Origin: an uncultured Clostridia bacterium
GTDB taxonomy: Bacteria > Bacillota > Clostridia > TANB77 > CAG-508
Reading direction: 5' to 3'
Assembly: GCA_947627935.1 (NCBI GenBank)
Contig: CANQXY010000005.1
Span: forward strand, 179 to 64,178
Length of the DNA stretch: 64,000 nt
Shown here: positions 10,461 through 20,900 of the stretch, piece by piece
Layout: each line of letters opens with the position of its first letter
Position numbering within the stretch: position 1 is the stretch's first letter
Notes under the pieces: generated by a model
The model's database searches: none
What the model was told of the DNA's origin: nothing
The model's input: only the letters and a program-made list of their open reading frames with translations
Position numbers and translations under genes: made by a program

Positions 10461-10835
10461 TTAATTATGTATTAATACAACACTTGCTACAGCATACTCT
10501 TTGCAATGAGATATGCTTATATCAATACTTTGAATATTGTATTTTTCTTTATTTTTTATATTAACAATTGGTCTAGCATCTTTATCATTTAAAACTTCTA
10601 TGTCTTTCCATTCAATATTATATTTATTTTCTACAAATGATGATATTGCTTTAAATGTAGCTTCTTTTGCTGCAAATCTAGCCGCATAATGTTGATATCT
10701 TTGATTTTTTTTGCTTTCACAATATTTTATTTCATTATCTGTATAAATTTTATTTATAAACTTGTCTTGTAATTCATCGATACTTTCTTTAATTCTAGAA
10801 ATTTCTATAATATCTATTCCTGTTTTTATCTCCAT
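10461..10835 (-). CDS. acpS: Holo-[acyl-carrier-protein] synthase
   Basis: 124 aa with GIDIIEISRI and RFAAKEATFKA motifs. Confidence 0.9.
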   Translation of the reverse strand: MEIKTGIDIIEISRIKESIDELQDKFINKIYTDNEIKYCESKKNQRYQHYAARFAAKEATFKAISSFVENKYNIEWKDIEVLNDKDARPIVNIKNKEKYNIQSIDISISHCKEYAVASVVLIHN

Positions 10836-10881
10836 ATTATACCTCTATATTAATTATAGCCAGATTAAATCTGGCTATTTA

Positions 10882-12414
10882 TTATATTTCACAATAATAA
10901 TTCATATTTATATCTTGACCTAAATGCCATTTTCCAATAAAGTCTATAACTATATTATTATCTAAATTATATATTGGATCTATTACTACTTTTCCGTTAG
11001 TATCTATACTACCCCATTTTCCATCTTTCTTAACTGCTGCATATCCATATGGATTTTGTTCTGTTGCATCATCATAAATATAATCTACTACAACTTCATC
11101 TTTTGAATTAACAAATCCATATTTTCCATCTTTTTTACTTAAGAATAGAGTATTTGAAGTTAATATATCTTTATTAGATTTTTCTTCGAATTTAAAATTA
11201 TAATATTTGTATTCATCACCAACTCTTAATTTCATATATCCTTTATCAGTATTAATTTCTGATAATATTCCTTGTAGTTTATTATTAAATTGATTATCAA
11301 ATACTACTGTATTATAATTTTCATCTTCTGCTAAATATATATCTGCTTGTTGATTATATGTTATATTAGAATAATTAAATTCTACTTTTGTATTTTTTTC
11401 TTTGTCTATTATTCCATATTTTCCGCCTTTTTTAGCTATAAATATAGAATCTTTAGCTTCTTTTATTTCTTCATATTCTGCTGGAATTATTTCATCTCCA
11501 TTTAAGTCCATAACTCCATATTTTTTACTATCTGTAAATATTATTCCTTCTGAATATTGTAATATTTGTTTTATTTCGTCAAATCCTTTTTCTAACACAA
11601 CTTTTTTTTCAGAGTCTATTAATTTTTCTTTATCTGATTCTTTTATAACAAATAAATTTTTTCCATATACTTGTTTAATTTCTTCATATTCATTTGGTAA
11701 CAATTGTTTTTTATTATAATCAATTACTCCATATTTATTATTTTCATCTACTGTTATATATCCTTTTTTATAATCTTCTTCAATATTTTTTATTTCTTTA
11801 TAATTAGCTTCTATTACAATATTTCCTTCTGAATTAACTAATCCATATTTTCCATCTTTTTGTACTAGTATACTATTTTCTACACCTTTTAATGTAGATA
11901 TATTATCATATTCGATTGGAAGAACTTCATTTCCTGAAAGATCTATTAGTCCATATTTTTCATCTTTTTTTACTTTTAGTAGATTTTTCTCATACCAAAC
12001 ATTATTATTTTTATCATAGTTATCTAAAGCTTCTATTTTACTATATTCAGTAAAAATTTCTTCATTTTTACTATTTAAAACTTTAGTTTTATATTCTCCT
12101 GTTTCATCATTTACATCATATGTACATAAAAATACATCTTTTTTATTATCAGGAATTATAATCATTTCTTGATATGAAGGACTAATTACTTCTTTACTAG
12201 AATTATCAATTATTCCCCATTTATTATCTTTATATAATGTAAAATATGTTGAACTAGTTATTTTACCAGTATTATTATCTTTTGTTAAAAAGCTTTTTAT
12301 TATAAGTATAAACATTATAAGTACGATAATCGCTATAATTACTGCAAATACTTTTTTAATGTTTAATTTTGGTTCATTGCTATATCTTTTACCTCTACTC
12401 ATATTATCCTCCAT
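10882..12414 (-). CDS. Membrane-anchored WG (KWG-type) repeat protein
   Basis: 510 aa with an N-terminal TM segment. About ten or more repeats of the pattern KYG[LVI][IV]D..G..V[IL]P.EY[DE].I follow. Confidence 0.75.
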   Translation of the reverse strand: MEDNMSRGKRYSNEPKLNIKKVFAVIIAIIVLIMFILIIKSFLTKDNNTGKITSSTYFTLYKDNKWGIIDNSSKEVISPSYQEMIIIPDNKKDVFLCTYDVNDETGEYKTKVLNSKNEEIFTEYSKIEALDNYDKNNNVWYEKNLLKVKKDEKYGLIDLSGNEVLPIEYDNISTLKGVENSILVQKDGKYGLVNSEGNIVIEANYKEIKNIEEDYKKGYITVDENNKYGVIDYNKKQLLPNEYEEIKQVYGKNLFVIKESDKEKLIDSEKKVVLEKGFDEIKQILQYSEGIIFTDSKKYGVMDLNGDEIIPAEYEEIKEAKDSIFIAKKGGKYGIIDKEKNTKVEFNYSNITYNQQADIYLAEDENYNTVVFDNQFNNKLQGILSEINTDKGYMKLRVGDEYKYYNFKFEEKSNKDILTSNTLFLSKKDGKYGFVNSKDEVVVDYIYDDATEQNPYGYAAVKKDGKWGSIDTNGKVVIDPIYNLDNNIVIDFIGKWHLGQDINMNYYCEI

Positions 12415-12561
12415 TAATTTTTTTAATACCTATACTATATCACAAATTAATATAAAATTACAAGCATTATATATTTTTTTTAAATATTCTAAATGTGAAA
12501 TTTTTTATAATATCTTTTTAATTTTGTTTCACATTATATAAAATCTAGGTATATAAAATAA

Positions 12562-13860
12562 TTATATAAACTTATCTATATATTCAATTAAGAATAATGG
12601 TATATTTATTATTTTTCCATTTTTATCTAAATTGTTTAAAGATAATCTTATTGATATATCATTATTATTATTTTCATTATATTTTGTTAAACTTAGGTTA
12701 TTAGTTGATTTATTTGATTTTACTTCAATTGGAATTATTTTATTTCTGTTCTGAATTACAAAATCAATTTCATTTCTATCAAATGTAAAATAATTTGGTA
12801 CATTTTCATATATTATATTTAACATGTTTAATACATAATTTTCTGTAAATGCTCCTTTAAACTCTTCAAATAGTTTATGTCCTTCTACTATAATTTTACT
12901 ATCTAAATTTGCCATTCTTCTCAATAATCCTACATCATTCATATATATTTTAAAACAACTTAAGTCATTATATGCTTTAAGCGGAAAATCTGTTTTTGAA
13001 AGATTATAAACTTTATATATTAAATTTGCATCATTTAACCAGTTTAATGCGTTTTCATATTCTCTTGCTCTAGCTCCTTCTTTAATTGTTTGGTATAAAA
13101 ATTTTTTATTTTCTTTAGCTAGTTGTGATGGTATACTATTCCAAATTAATGAAATTTTATTTGCTTCACTATTTAATGTATGTTTTGAAAAATCATTTTC
13201 ATAAGATTTTAATATATTATCTTGAATATTATTTACTCTTTCCATGTCTTTTTCATTTACCCAAGAATAAACAACTTCAGGCATTCCACCAATTATAAAA
13301 TATGCTTTTAATTTTTCTTCTAGTTTATTAAAAAATATATCTGAAATTTTTTCTATGCTATTAATAGATTTCATATACTGTACCAAATTTTCACAATTAT
13401 CTGCTAATAAAAATTCACTAAAAGATAATGGATACAAGTTCATAAATTCTACTTTTCCTACAGGAAATGATGTATGTGATAATCTAATTCCAAGTAAACT
13501 TCCTGCACAAGCAATATGATATTGATTTGCTTCTTCTTGAAAATATTTTAGACTATTTAAAGCATCTGGACATTCTTGTATTTCATCAAAAATTATTAAT
13601 GTATTTTCTGGTGTTATTGCTTTTCCATATATAAAAGCTAATTGTTCTAATATTCTTTTGGGATCTTTTGTTATTTTAAATAAATTATACAAATCCTCAT
13701 CATGATCAAAATTAAAATATGCAACTTTTTCATAATTTTCTTCTCCAAATTGTTTTAAAATATATGTTTTCCCAACTTGTCTAGCTCCTCTTAATATTAA
13801 TGGTTTTCTACTTTTACTGCTTTTCCATTTTATTAATTTATCCATTATAAACCTTTCCAT
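12562..13860 (-). CDS. AAA+ ATPase with DUF4143-type C-terminal domain
   Basis: 432 aa. Walker A is LRGARQVGKTY and Walker B is LIIFDEIQE. The architecture is recalled from the AAA_14/DUF4143 family. SD AAGGGAG lies 9 nt before the ATG. Confidence 0.75.
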   Translation of the reverse strand: MERFIMDKLIKWKSSKSRKPLILRGARQVGKTYILKQFGEENYEKVAYFNFDHDEDLYNLFKITKDPKRILEQLAFIYGKAITPENTLIIFDEIQECPDALNSLKYFQEEANQYHIACAGSLLGIRLSHTSFPVGKVEFMNLYPLSFSEFLLADNCENLVQYMKSINSIEKISDIFFNKLEEKLKAYFIIGGMPEVVYSWVNEKDMERVNNIQDNILKSYENDFSKHTLNSEANKISLIWNSIPSQLAKENKKFLYQTIKEGARAREYENALNWLNDANLIYKVYNLSKTDFPLKAYNDLSCFKIYMNDVGLLRRMANLDSKIIVEGHKLFEEFKGAFTENYVLNMLNIIYENVPNYFTFDRNEIDFVIQNRNKIIPIEVKSNKSTNNLSLTKYNENNNNDISIRLSLNNLDKNGKIINIPLFLIEYIDKFI

Positions 13861-13902
13861 TTTTATCAGCTCCCTTTATTAATATATTCTAATTCTATAT
13901 TA

Positions 13903-13930
13903 ATTATACAACAAAATCACACTTTTGCAA
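13903..13930 (-). promoter_or_regulatory. SigA-type promoter candidate for the AAA ATPase gene
   Basis: On the minus strand: TTGCAA (13930-13925, part of repeat 1), 16 nt, TATAAT (13908-13903). Confidence 0.5.
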
Positions 13931-14043
13931 CACTTTTTAAACTTTTTATCACACTTTTGCAAGGTTTTTTTATATTTTTATCACATTTTTGCAACGTTTT
14001 TTACATTTTTTATCACACTTTTGTAAAGTGTTTATATTTGCTC
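13916..14043. repeat. Four direct repeats with exact 32-bp phasing (core ATCACACTTTTGCAA)
   Basis: Cores start at 13916, 13948, 13980 and 14012: ATCACACTTTTGCAA, ATCACACTTTTGCAA, ATCACATTTTTGCAA, ATCACACTTTTGTAA. Each is followed by a 17-nt T-rich spacer. Confidence 0.9.
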
Positions 14044-14287
14044 TATTAAAAATATTTAATTATAATTTGTATTTATTTTATTTTTTAAGTTTATTTTTCT
14101 ACAAAATATTGTTTTTTTTGCTATTCTGTAATAAAATAAAAGACATAATTTACTACATAAGAAAAAATTAAATATAAATATATCACATTATGCAGAAAAC
14201 TTTTTTGAGTTAGCATACCAAAAAAGACAAAATAATCCAAAGATAAAAAGTACAATGTTAACTATAAAAAGTTAAGAGGTGGTAAAT

Positions 14288-16723
14288 ATGTTTCAAAATA
14301 TACAAAATGATGTACAACCTGAAGAAGAAAAGGATGTTAATAAAAAAGTTAATATTTTTTCAAATGTATTCTCAAAACAAAATATATTGTTATATATAAT
14401 ATCATTTATGACTTCGACTATAGGTATGGGACAAGCTGTTTCACCTTTTTCATTAAGTATAACTGCATCTTGTTTATCTTGTGGAATACCTGCTTTAGGA
14501 GTTATGATAGTTTCTTTAATAGGTAATATTATAGCTTTTGGAGCAAATGGAGCTTTAAATTATATTATAACTTTACTAGTTTTGATGATTACATTTTTTG
14601 TATTAAAGCCAAGATATAATGAAGAAAATAAAAATGAAAAGATAAAAATAGGAAAAAACCTTTTTATAAGTACTTTATTAGTAGGAATAGCTAGAATTTT
14701 AATGTCTACTTTTACAATCTATGACTTATTACTTGTAATAACTTTATCAATAATATCTTTCGTTTTTTATAAGATATTTGTTAATTCTATTGTAGTTTTA
14801 AGAGATTTTAAAGATAAAAAAGCTTTTTCTATTGAAGAAGTTATTGGTGCAAGCTTACTTTTAGCAATTTCAGTATCTGCATTAGGAGATTTTCAAATTT
14901 TAGGTTTTTCAATTAGAAATATTTTAAGTATTTTTATTGTTTTAGTACTTGGTTGGAAAAATGGTATATTAGTTGGTACTACTTCTGGTGTAACAATAGG
15001 TGTAACATTAGGGATAATTGCAGGTGCAGAGCCTATTATGATAGCAGCTTTTGCTATTTCTGGTATGATTGCAGGAATTTTAAATAAATTTGGTAAAATA
15101 GGAGTTATTTTAGGCTTTATAATTGGAAATGGAATATTAATGTATGTATCAAATGGTGGTACTTCTGAATTAATACTTTTAAAAGAAATTTTAATAGCTT
15201 CAATTGGTTTACTTGCAGTACCTAAAAATATCAGAATAGATATAGAAGATTTTGTTGGAACAGGTAAATTTTTACCAACATTTCCTGGTAATGCTTTAAA
15301 TAAAAGTAAAGAAGTTGCTAAAAAATTAAATACTGTTTCAGAAGCAATTCAAGATATGGCAGATACATATAATGAAGTTGCTGTAACAACAATAGATGAA
15401 GAAGATACTTTAGAAAAAAATAAACAAATATTTATTAGTGAACTTTTAAATAGTATTGATAATTTAAAAGATAATATGCTATATGATGACATTTCAGATG
15501 TAGAAGGAAATATTGTAAATGAATTATTTAATATTTTAGTAAAAAAACAAGAAATTAATAGACAAGACTTATTAAAAACTTTTGCAAAATTTAATAGTTA
15601 TATTATAGGATTTGATGATGAGCAAATAAGTAGTTATTTAGAAACTAATATACAAGAAGTTATTAAAGCATTTAACTATTCTTATAGAATAAGTAAAGTA
15701 AATTTTGTATGGTCTAAAAAAATTGAAGAAAAAAATAAAAATATAAAAGCACAATTAGATGGTGTATCTAAAGCTATAGAAAATATAGTATCAGATATAG
15801 AAAATGATTTAGATGAATCTGATAAATTTATAAAAGAAAAACAACAAATATTAGAATTACTTAATCAAAAAAATATAATAGTAGATAATATTATAATAAA
15901 ACAACAAAAAAGTAATAGGTATATAATAGATATTTACTTAAAAAATAGTGAAATTAGACAACAATCTATTGAAAAAATTGAACATATAATTTCTATGAGC
16001 TTAAAAGAAAAAGTTGTCTTAAATGAAGATAGTTCAAATGATGATATGTTAAATTTTATATCTGAAGATAAATATGCATTAGGATTAGGAATAGCAAAAG
16101 CTACAAAAGATAAAAATACTGTTTCTGGTGATAGTATATTACATTTAAGACTTAAAGATGGAAAATACTTATTAGTTATAAGTGATGGTATGGGATCTGG
16201 TCCAGAAGCTAGAAAAAGTAGTCAAATTGCTACAAAAATGTTAGAAAGACTTCTTCTATCTGGTTTTGATAGAGATACTTCTATAGATTTAATTAATACA
16301 ACCATATTAAATACAAATGAAGATATATTTGCAACATTAGATATTGCTATAGTTGATTTATATTTAGGTAATATAGAATTTATAAAAACAGGAGCATGTC
16401 CTACATATATTAAAAATAAAAAGAATGTACAAATTATTAAATCATTAGATCTTCCAGCAGGAATATTAAAACAAATAAGTTCAACAGTATATGATAGAGA
16501 TATTGATGATAATGATATTTTAGTTATGTGTAGTGATGGTATATTAGATTCTAATGTTGAATATAAAAATAAAGAATTATGGGTAAAATATTTACTTGAA
16601 GATATTGAAACAGATAATACTCAAAAGATAGCTGATTTATTATTAAATGAATCTATTGATAATAACTTTGGAATAGTTAAAGATGATATGAGTATAATAG
16701 TTTGTAAATTTATAAAAAAATAA
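14288..16723 (+). CDS. spoIIE: Stage II sporulation protein E (membrane PP2C phosphatase)
   Basis: About 10 N-terminal TM segments plus a C-terminal PP2C domain (LLVISDGMGSGPEARKSS, ILVMCSDGILD). I prefer the ATG at 14288 (SD AGAGGTGG 5 nt upstream) over the in-frame GTG at 14279 given in the ORF track. Confidence 0.92.
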   Translation: MFQNIQNDVQPEEEKDVNKKVNIFSNVFSKQNILLYIISFMTSTIGMGQAVSPFSLSITASCLSCGIPALGVMIVSLIGNIIAFGANGALNYIITLLVLMITFFVLKPRYNEENKNEKIKIGKNLFISTLLVGIARILMSTFTIYDLLLVITLSIISFVFYKIFVNSIVVLRDFKDKKAFSIEEVIGASLLLAISVSALGDFQILGFSIRNILSIFIVLVLGWKNGILVGTTSGVTIGVTLGIIAGAEPIMIAAFAISGMIAGILNKFGKIGVILGFIIGNGILMYVSNGGTSELILLKEILIASIGLLAVPKNIRIDIEDFVGTGKFLPTFPGNALNKSKEVAKKLNTVSEAIQDMADTYNEVAVTTIDEEDTLEKNKQIFISELLNSIDNLKDNMLYDDISDVEGNIVNELFNILVKKQEINRQDLLKTFAKFNSYIIGFDDEQISSYLETNIQEVIKAFNYSYRISKVNFVWSKKIEEKNKNIKAQLDGVSKAIENIVSDIENDLDESDKFIKEKQQILELLNQKNIIVDNIIIKQQKSNRYIIDIYLKNSEIRQQSIEKIEHIISMSLKEKVVLNEDSSNDDMLNFISEDKYALGLGIAKATKDKNTVSGDSILHLRLKDGKYLLVISDGMGSGPEARKSSQIATKMLERLLLSGFDRDTSIDLINTTILNTNEDIFATLDIAIVDLYLGNIEFIKTGACPTYIKNKKNVQIIKSLDLPAGILKQISSTVYDRDIDDNDILVMCSDGILDSNVEYKNKELWVKYLLEDIETDNTQKIADLLLNESIDNNFGIVKDDMSIIVCKFIKK

Positions 16724-16736
16724 TAAAAAACAAATT

Positions 16737-16765
16737 AGCCTAGAATTTACTTTCTAGGCTTTTAT
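16737..16765. terminator. Bidirectional terminator between spoIIE and Rpn copy B
   Basis: AGCCTAGAA-tttact-TTCTAGGCT, followed by TTTTA. Confidence 0.7.
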
Positions 16766-16781
16766 AATTCACAATTATTAA

Positions 16782-17642
16782 CTATTCTATATTATCAATC
16801 TCTTCTTTTGTTAAATCAGTAAATTTTATTATTAGATCAACTGGCATATTTTCTTTTTTCATTTTCTTTGCAGTTTCTATTTTATTTTTCTTTTCCCCTG
16901 CTTGTTCTCCTTTTCTATATGCTGCATTTTTCTCTGTATTTTCTTCATATATTGCTTTTTCTCTCCACCATGCTAATTGTTGCATTTTCTCATCTTCACT
17001 TATTTTATCTAACTTTTCTTTTGCTTCTCTGATTGCTTCGTTTTCCCTCATCTTTTCTTTCACCCTTTCTGACTCAGGATTTTTTATAAAATATAACCAA
17101 TCTAATAGTTTGTCATTTGTTTTTTCTTTACTCTCATTTATCTTATCCAGTTCTATTATACATATTTCAAATTTGTCTGTCAATATTTCCTTTCTGTTCT
17201 TATTTTCTATTATTCTCCATTGTGTATGATATTCTTCTAATTTTTTTAAACTTTCTATTTTTTTGTCTGAAATTAATATTACTATTGTTTTTTCTAGTTC
17301 TTTATAATCTTCGCTTTTCTTTAATCCTTTTGTATATATCCTAGCCCAGTAAAATAGTATTCGTTCTATTATATCTTCTTGCTTTACCATTTGTAGTTCT
17401 ATATCACAATTTTGATTTCCATTTATTTTTGCCATAATATCTAATATCCCTAATTTGTCATTTGGCATTTCTCTTCTTAGTATTGGATTTTTACTTAAGT
17501 CTATTTCTGTTATTTTTTCATTTAGTATTGTTTCTAATAAGTTTGTAGTTATTCTTTCACTCCCTTCTTCTCCAAATAGTGCTTGAAAAACTATATCTAT
17601 TTTAGGTGATAACGTTTTTCTTTCTTTTGTTTCATTTACCAT
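16782..17642 (-). CDS. Rpn family recombination-promoting nuclease / PD-(D/E)XK nuclease family transposase, copy B
   Basis: 286 aa with LSPKIDIVFQALFGEEGSERIT...DKLGILDIMAKI...CDIELQ. It is collinear with copy A over its whole length. Confidence 0.8.
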   Translation of the reverse strand: MVNETKERKTLSPKIDIVFQALFGEEGSERITTNLLETILNEKITEIDLSKNPILRREMPNDKLGILDIMAKINGNQNCDIELQMVKQEDIIERILFYWARIYTKGLKKSEDYKELEKTIVILISDKKIESLKKLEEYHTQWRIIENKNRKEILTDKFEICIIELDKINESKEKTNDKLLDWLYFIKNPESERVKEKMRENEAIREAKEKLDKISEDEKMQQLAWWREKAIYEENTEKNAAYRKGEQAGEKKNKIETAKKMKKENMPVDLIIKFTDLTKEEIDNIE

Positions 17643-17881
17643 ATATCCTTCTTTCTTTGCCTTATATTAAGTGCATAAAATATAAGCAATACTTGATTTA
17701 TGCTAAACATTTAATATAAAAAATTACAACATTAATAAATACAAATATTATATTTAAAAGTTTGTTTATTTTATTTTTTGGAAATCTTTGAATTTCATGA
17801 ATAAAATTTTTTAAATTAATTAATTTGAATAAAAATTTATTAAAAAAAAACTGATTATGCACTTGTTTAGCACATAATCAG
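17643..17881 (-). repeat. Conserved non-coding module upstream of Rpn copy B (paralogous to 6315..6545)
   Basis: It has the same ordered blocks as copy A. The hairpin CTGATTATG...CATAATCAG is followed (in the gene sense) by T9. Inverted repeats TATGCTAAAC (17699-17708) and GTTTAGCACA (17865-17874) are present. Confidence 0.7.
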
Positions 17882-17939
17882 TTTATATACTATTTTATAA
17901 TAACTTACAACTACTTTTTATCGCATTTTTCGACATTTA

Positions 17940-20900
17940 CTATTTTTTACGTTTTATTGATATAAATGCAATTCCTCCTACTATTAATGCTATTGTTGCA
18001 ACTGATATTATTACATAGTAAATCATTGTGTTTTCTGTACTTCCTGTTGGAGGTGTAATTGTAACTTCTTCAGAAGATCCTCCTATACCTTTGCCACCAT
18101 CAAATGTATATTCTCCTATTTTAGTTACTATTGTTCTTCCTCCTGTTTTTGATGCTCCTATTAATTCTACATCATTGTCATATGTCATATCTGTATCAGT
18201 ATTTGAAAGTAATTTTGTTAAGACAAGTTTTAAATTACCATCTGATTCATCTGGAGCTAAAGCTACCTCTTTATCAGCCCAATAATTTGATTGTAATAAA
18301 GTATTTATATTTTCTTTCTTAATATCATTACCTTTAATATCTGTATATAGTACTCCACCTTTATCTATGACATCTTTTATATTGTCTAAGTTTACAAGTT
18401 TCCAATTGTTAGCTATATTAATTTCATTTGTAGAATCATATGTTAAATCATTACTTACATAGTCTACTAATATACTTGGTGTTATTTTAACTATTGAATT
18501 TTCATCTTTGTCTCCATATTTATAGTATGCTTCATTAGTATAATCTAACTCACTTGTATTTTTTGCTTTCATTGTATATCCAATTTCTAGAGTTGCACCA
18601 TGAATTAGTTCATTGTCTAATTCTATGTCTACTATTCCTCTTGATTTTGGATTATCTGTTCCTGGAAGTACTTTTATACTTGATGCTTTATTTTGAAGTT
18701 TTCTACCTTCTTCTGTATCTATAATAACTGCATCTAATAATACTTGATCATTTGTTAAAGCAACTTTTACTGTTGATACTTCTTTTTCTATTTCCATTTG
18801 TTGTCTTGGTCTTTCTGTTATACCAAAGTCCATATTTAAAAGCTTGTAGTTTGCTGGTGTATATGTATTTCCTCCTGATATTGTGTTTAGTTCTACTGCA
18901 ACTTCCATACGTGGTGTTGTAGCTGTCATTGCTGTTTCAACATTTTGAGTATTTTCTCTACCAGTATTTTTTCTATCTACATTTTTATAGTTTTCGTCAA
19001 TGCCTTTTCTTGTTTCCCAATTATCAACTGCTTCACTATATCTTGTAAATTGAGTTCTTACTTGACCAGCATTTTGAGGATTATCTAGTTTATACCAATC
19101 TGTAGCTCCATTTTTAAATGCTGTTTTTACTTTTGTTTGTCCTTCAACATCATATACTATTGCTGATTTATAATCTACTGTATTGATATTTACTGTATCT
19201 TCTCCATTTTTATAAGTTGTTTTATTATCATATTGATATTGTAATGTATAATCTCCTGGTATAAATCCAGATATAGTATAGTTTCCATTTTCGTTAGTTT
19301 TAATATTTCCATAATTGTGTGCAACTGATGTAGCTAGTTGTCCTGTTACAATATTCTTTGAGTTGATAGTTTGACCTATTAATGTAACTTGAACACCTTC
19401 TAATGTTTTATCTTCACTTTCTTTATATATACTGTCTCCTTTTCTTTCTGCTCCTGTTTGTAATTCATTTGATGTACTATCTAGGAATACAGTTCCTGTT
19501 AATGTTCTTTCTTCTTTTTGATTTATTGTAAATTCTCTTGCTACACCTGTGTCATTATCTATTTGGCTAACATTTGTCACGTTTACATTTCCTGCTGCAG
19601 AGTTCTTGTCAACACCTGCATAATATGCTGTTCCTTGAGCATCTGAATATGTTGAATATGCATTTATTTCTACGATGTTATTCATTGTTGGAGTATATAT
19701 TTCTCCTTTTTGTTCATATTCTAGCATATTCATTACTTCAGTATCACTTACTTTAAATGTCATATAGATTTCTTTAAAGTTATTCTTTCCAGGTTCTCCA
19801 TTAAATGGTATCACATCTTGTGACATATTTATACAAACTTTTTTATATTCACTTGGACTATAATTACTGTAATTACTATTTGTTATTAATCTCTTTCTAT
19901 AATTATCTTTTGCAACATAATTATATTTACTTTCATCTAAAACATTTCCTATAAATCTTAATTCATAATTGTTATCATAGTATATAGCCAATTCTTTTAC
20001 TCTATTATATAGGCTTGTTGATTCATTTGTTATTCTTACTTTATATGTTACAAATATTTGTAATTTATCTGAAACTGTATCGTCAACTAATGTTTTTACA
20101 TCTGATGGATATACTGTAAGGTTTGATAATTTATCCGCTTCTACATAAGTAACTCCTACTTTTAATGCTGAATCACTTGGTTGTAAATTAAGTGTTCCGT
20201 CTCCTCTTTTATCAATTGTTTTCTTATATAAGTTATTATATCCATTAACTGTAGTTACAACATTTTCTATTTGGTTACTTACACTTAAGTCTGGGCTTTC
20301 TCTTGTTATTAATGCTAAATTTATTCCTTCTACTGTATTTCCAGTTAAATATTTAACTACTTCATTTCCAATTCCTTTTTCTAACTTATAGGTTGCTTCT
20401 ATAGCATTTTTTGCGTCTCCTTTTACAGTAACTCTTTTGTTACTTTCATCTTTATTATATCCAGCTGATAAACCGTTTATCGTACTTACCTTATTATTGT
20501 AACTATATGATAAACTAACAATACCACTATCTTTGCCTTTAGCATGTATTGCTTCTCCTTGTGTTAAACTATTATTCTTACCTGTAATTGTTGCATATTT
20601 ATTATTTAATTCTATTCTTTGAGTTGCATTTTCTAATGCTTTTGAGCCATTTTGTTTATCATTGTAATTTGGTGTTGCGCATGCTATGAAATCAATACCA
20701 TCATACACAAATTTAACTTTATACCCTGTAAGCTCATCTTTATATCTAGCTAATATCTTAAAGCTATAATTTCCATTAGCACCTGTTTTTGTTGAACCTA
20801 CACACTGACCTATAACTTCACCAGTTGTTGGGTTTTTGTTGATATCTTCCCAATATGTACCTGTTAAAACTTTAATACCATCAATTGTTTCTGTTTTTTC

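Noticed and set aside
13916-14043. Could the regularly spaced repeats be a mini CRISPR array?
   Set aside because: The 15-nt cores are too short, and the 17-nt spacers resemble each other (T-rich, same pattern). There are no cas genes, and the array overlaps promoter elements. It is treated as a regulatory or iteron-like array instead.
17929-17935. Perfect Spo0A-box complement TTCGACA 5 nt after the stop of the 1560-aa gene.
   Set aside because: It is a single 7-mer in a 3' flank with no promoter context nearby, and is compatible with chance.
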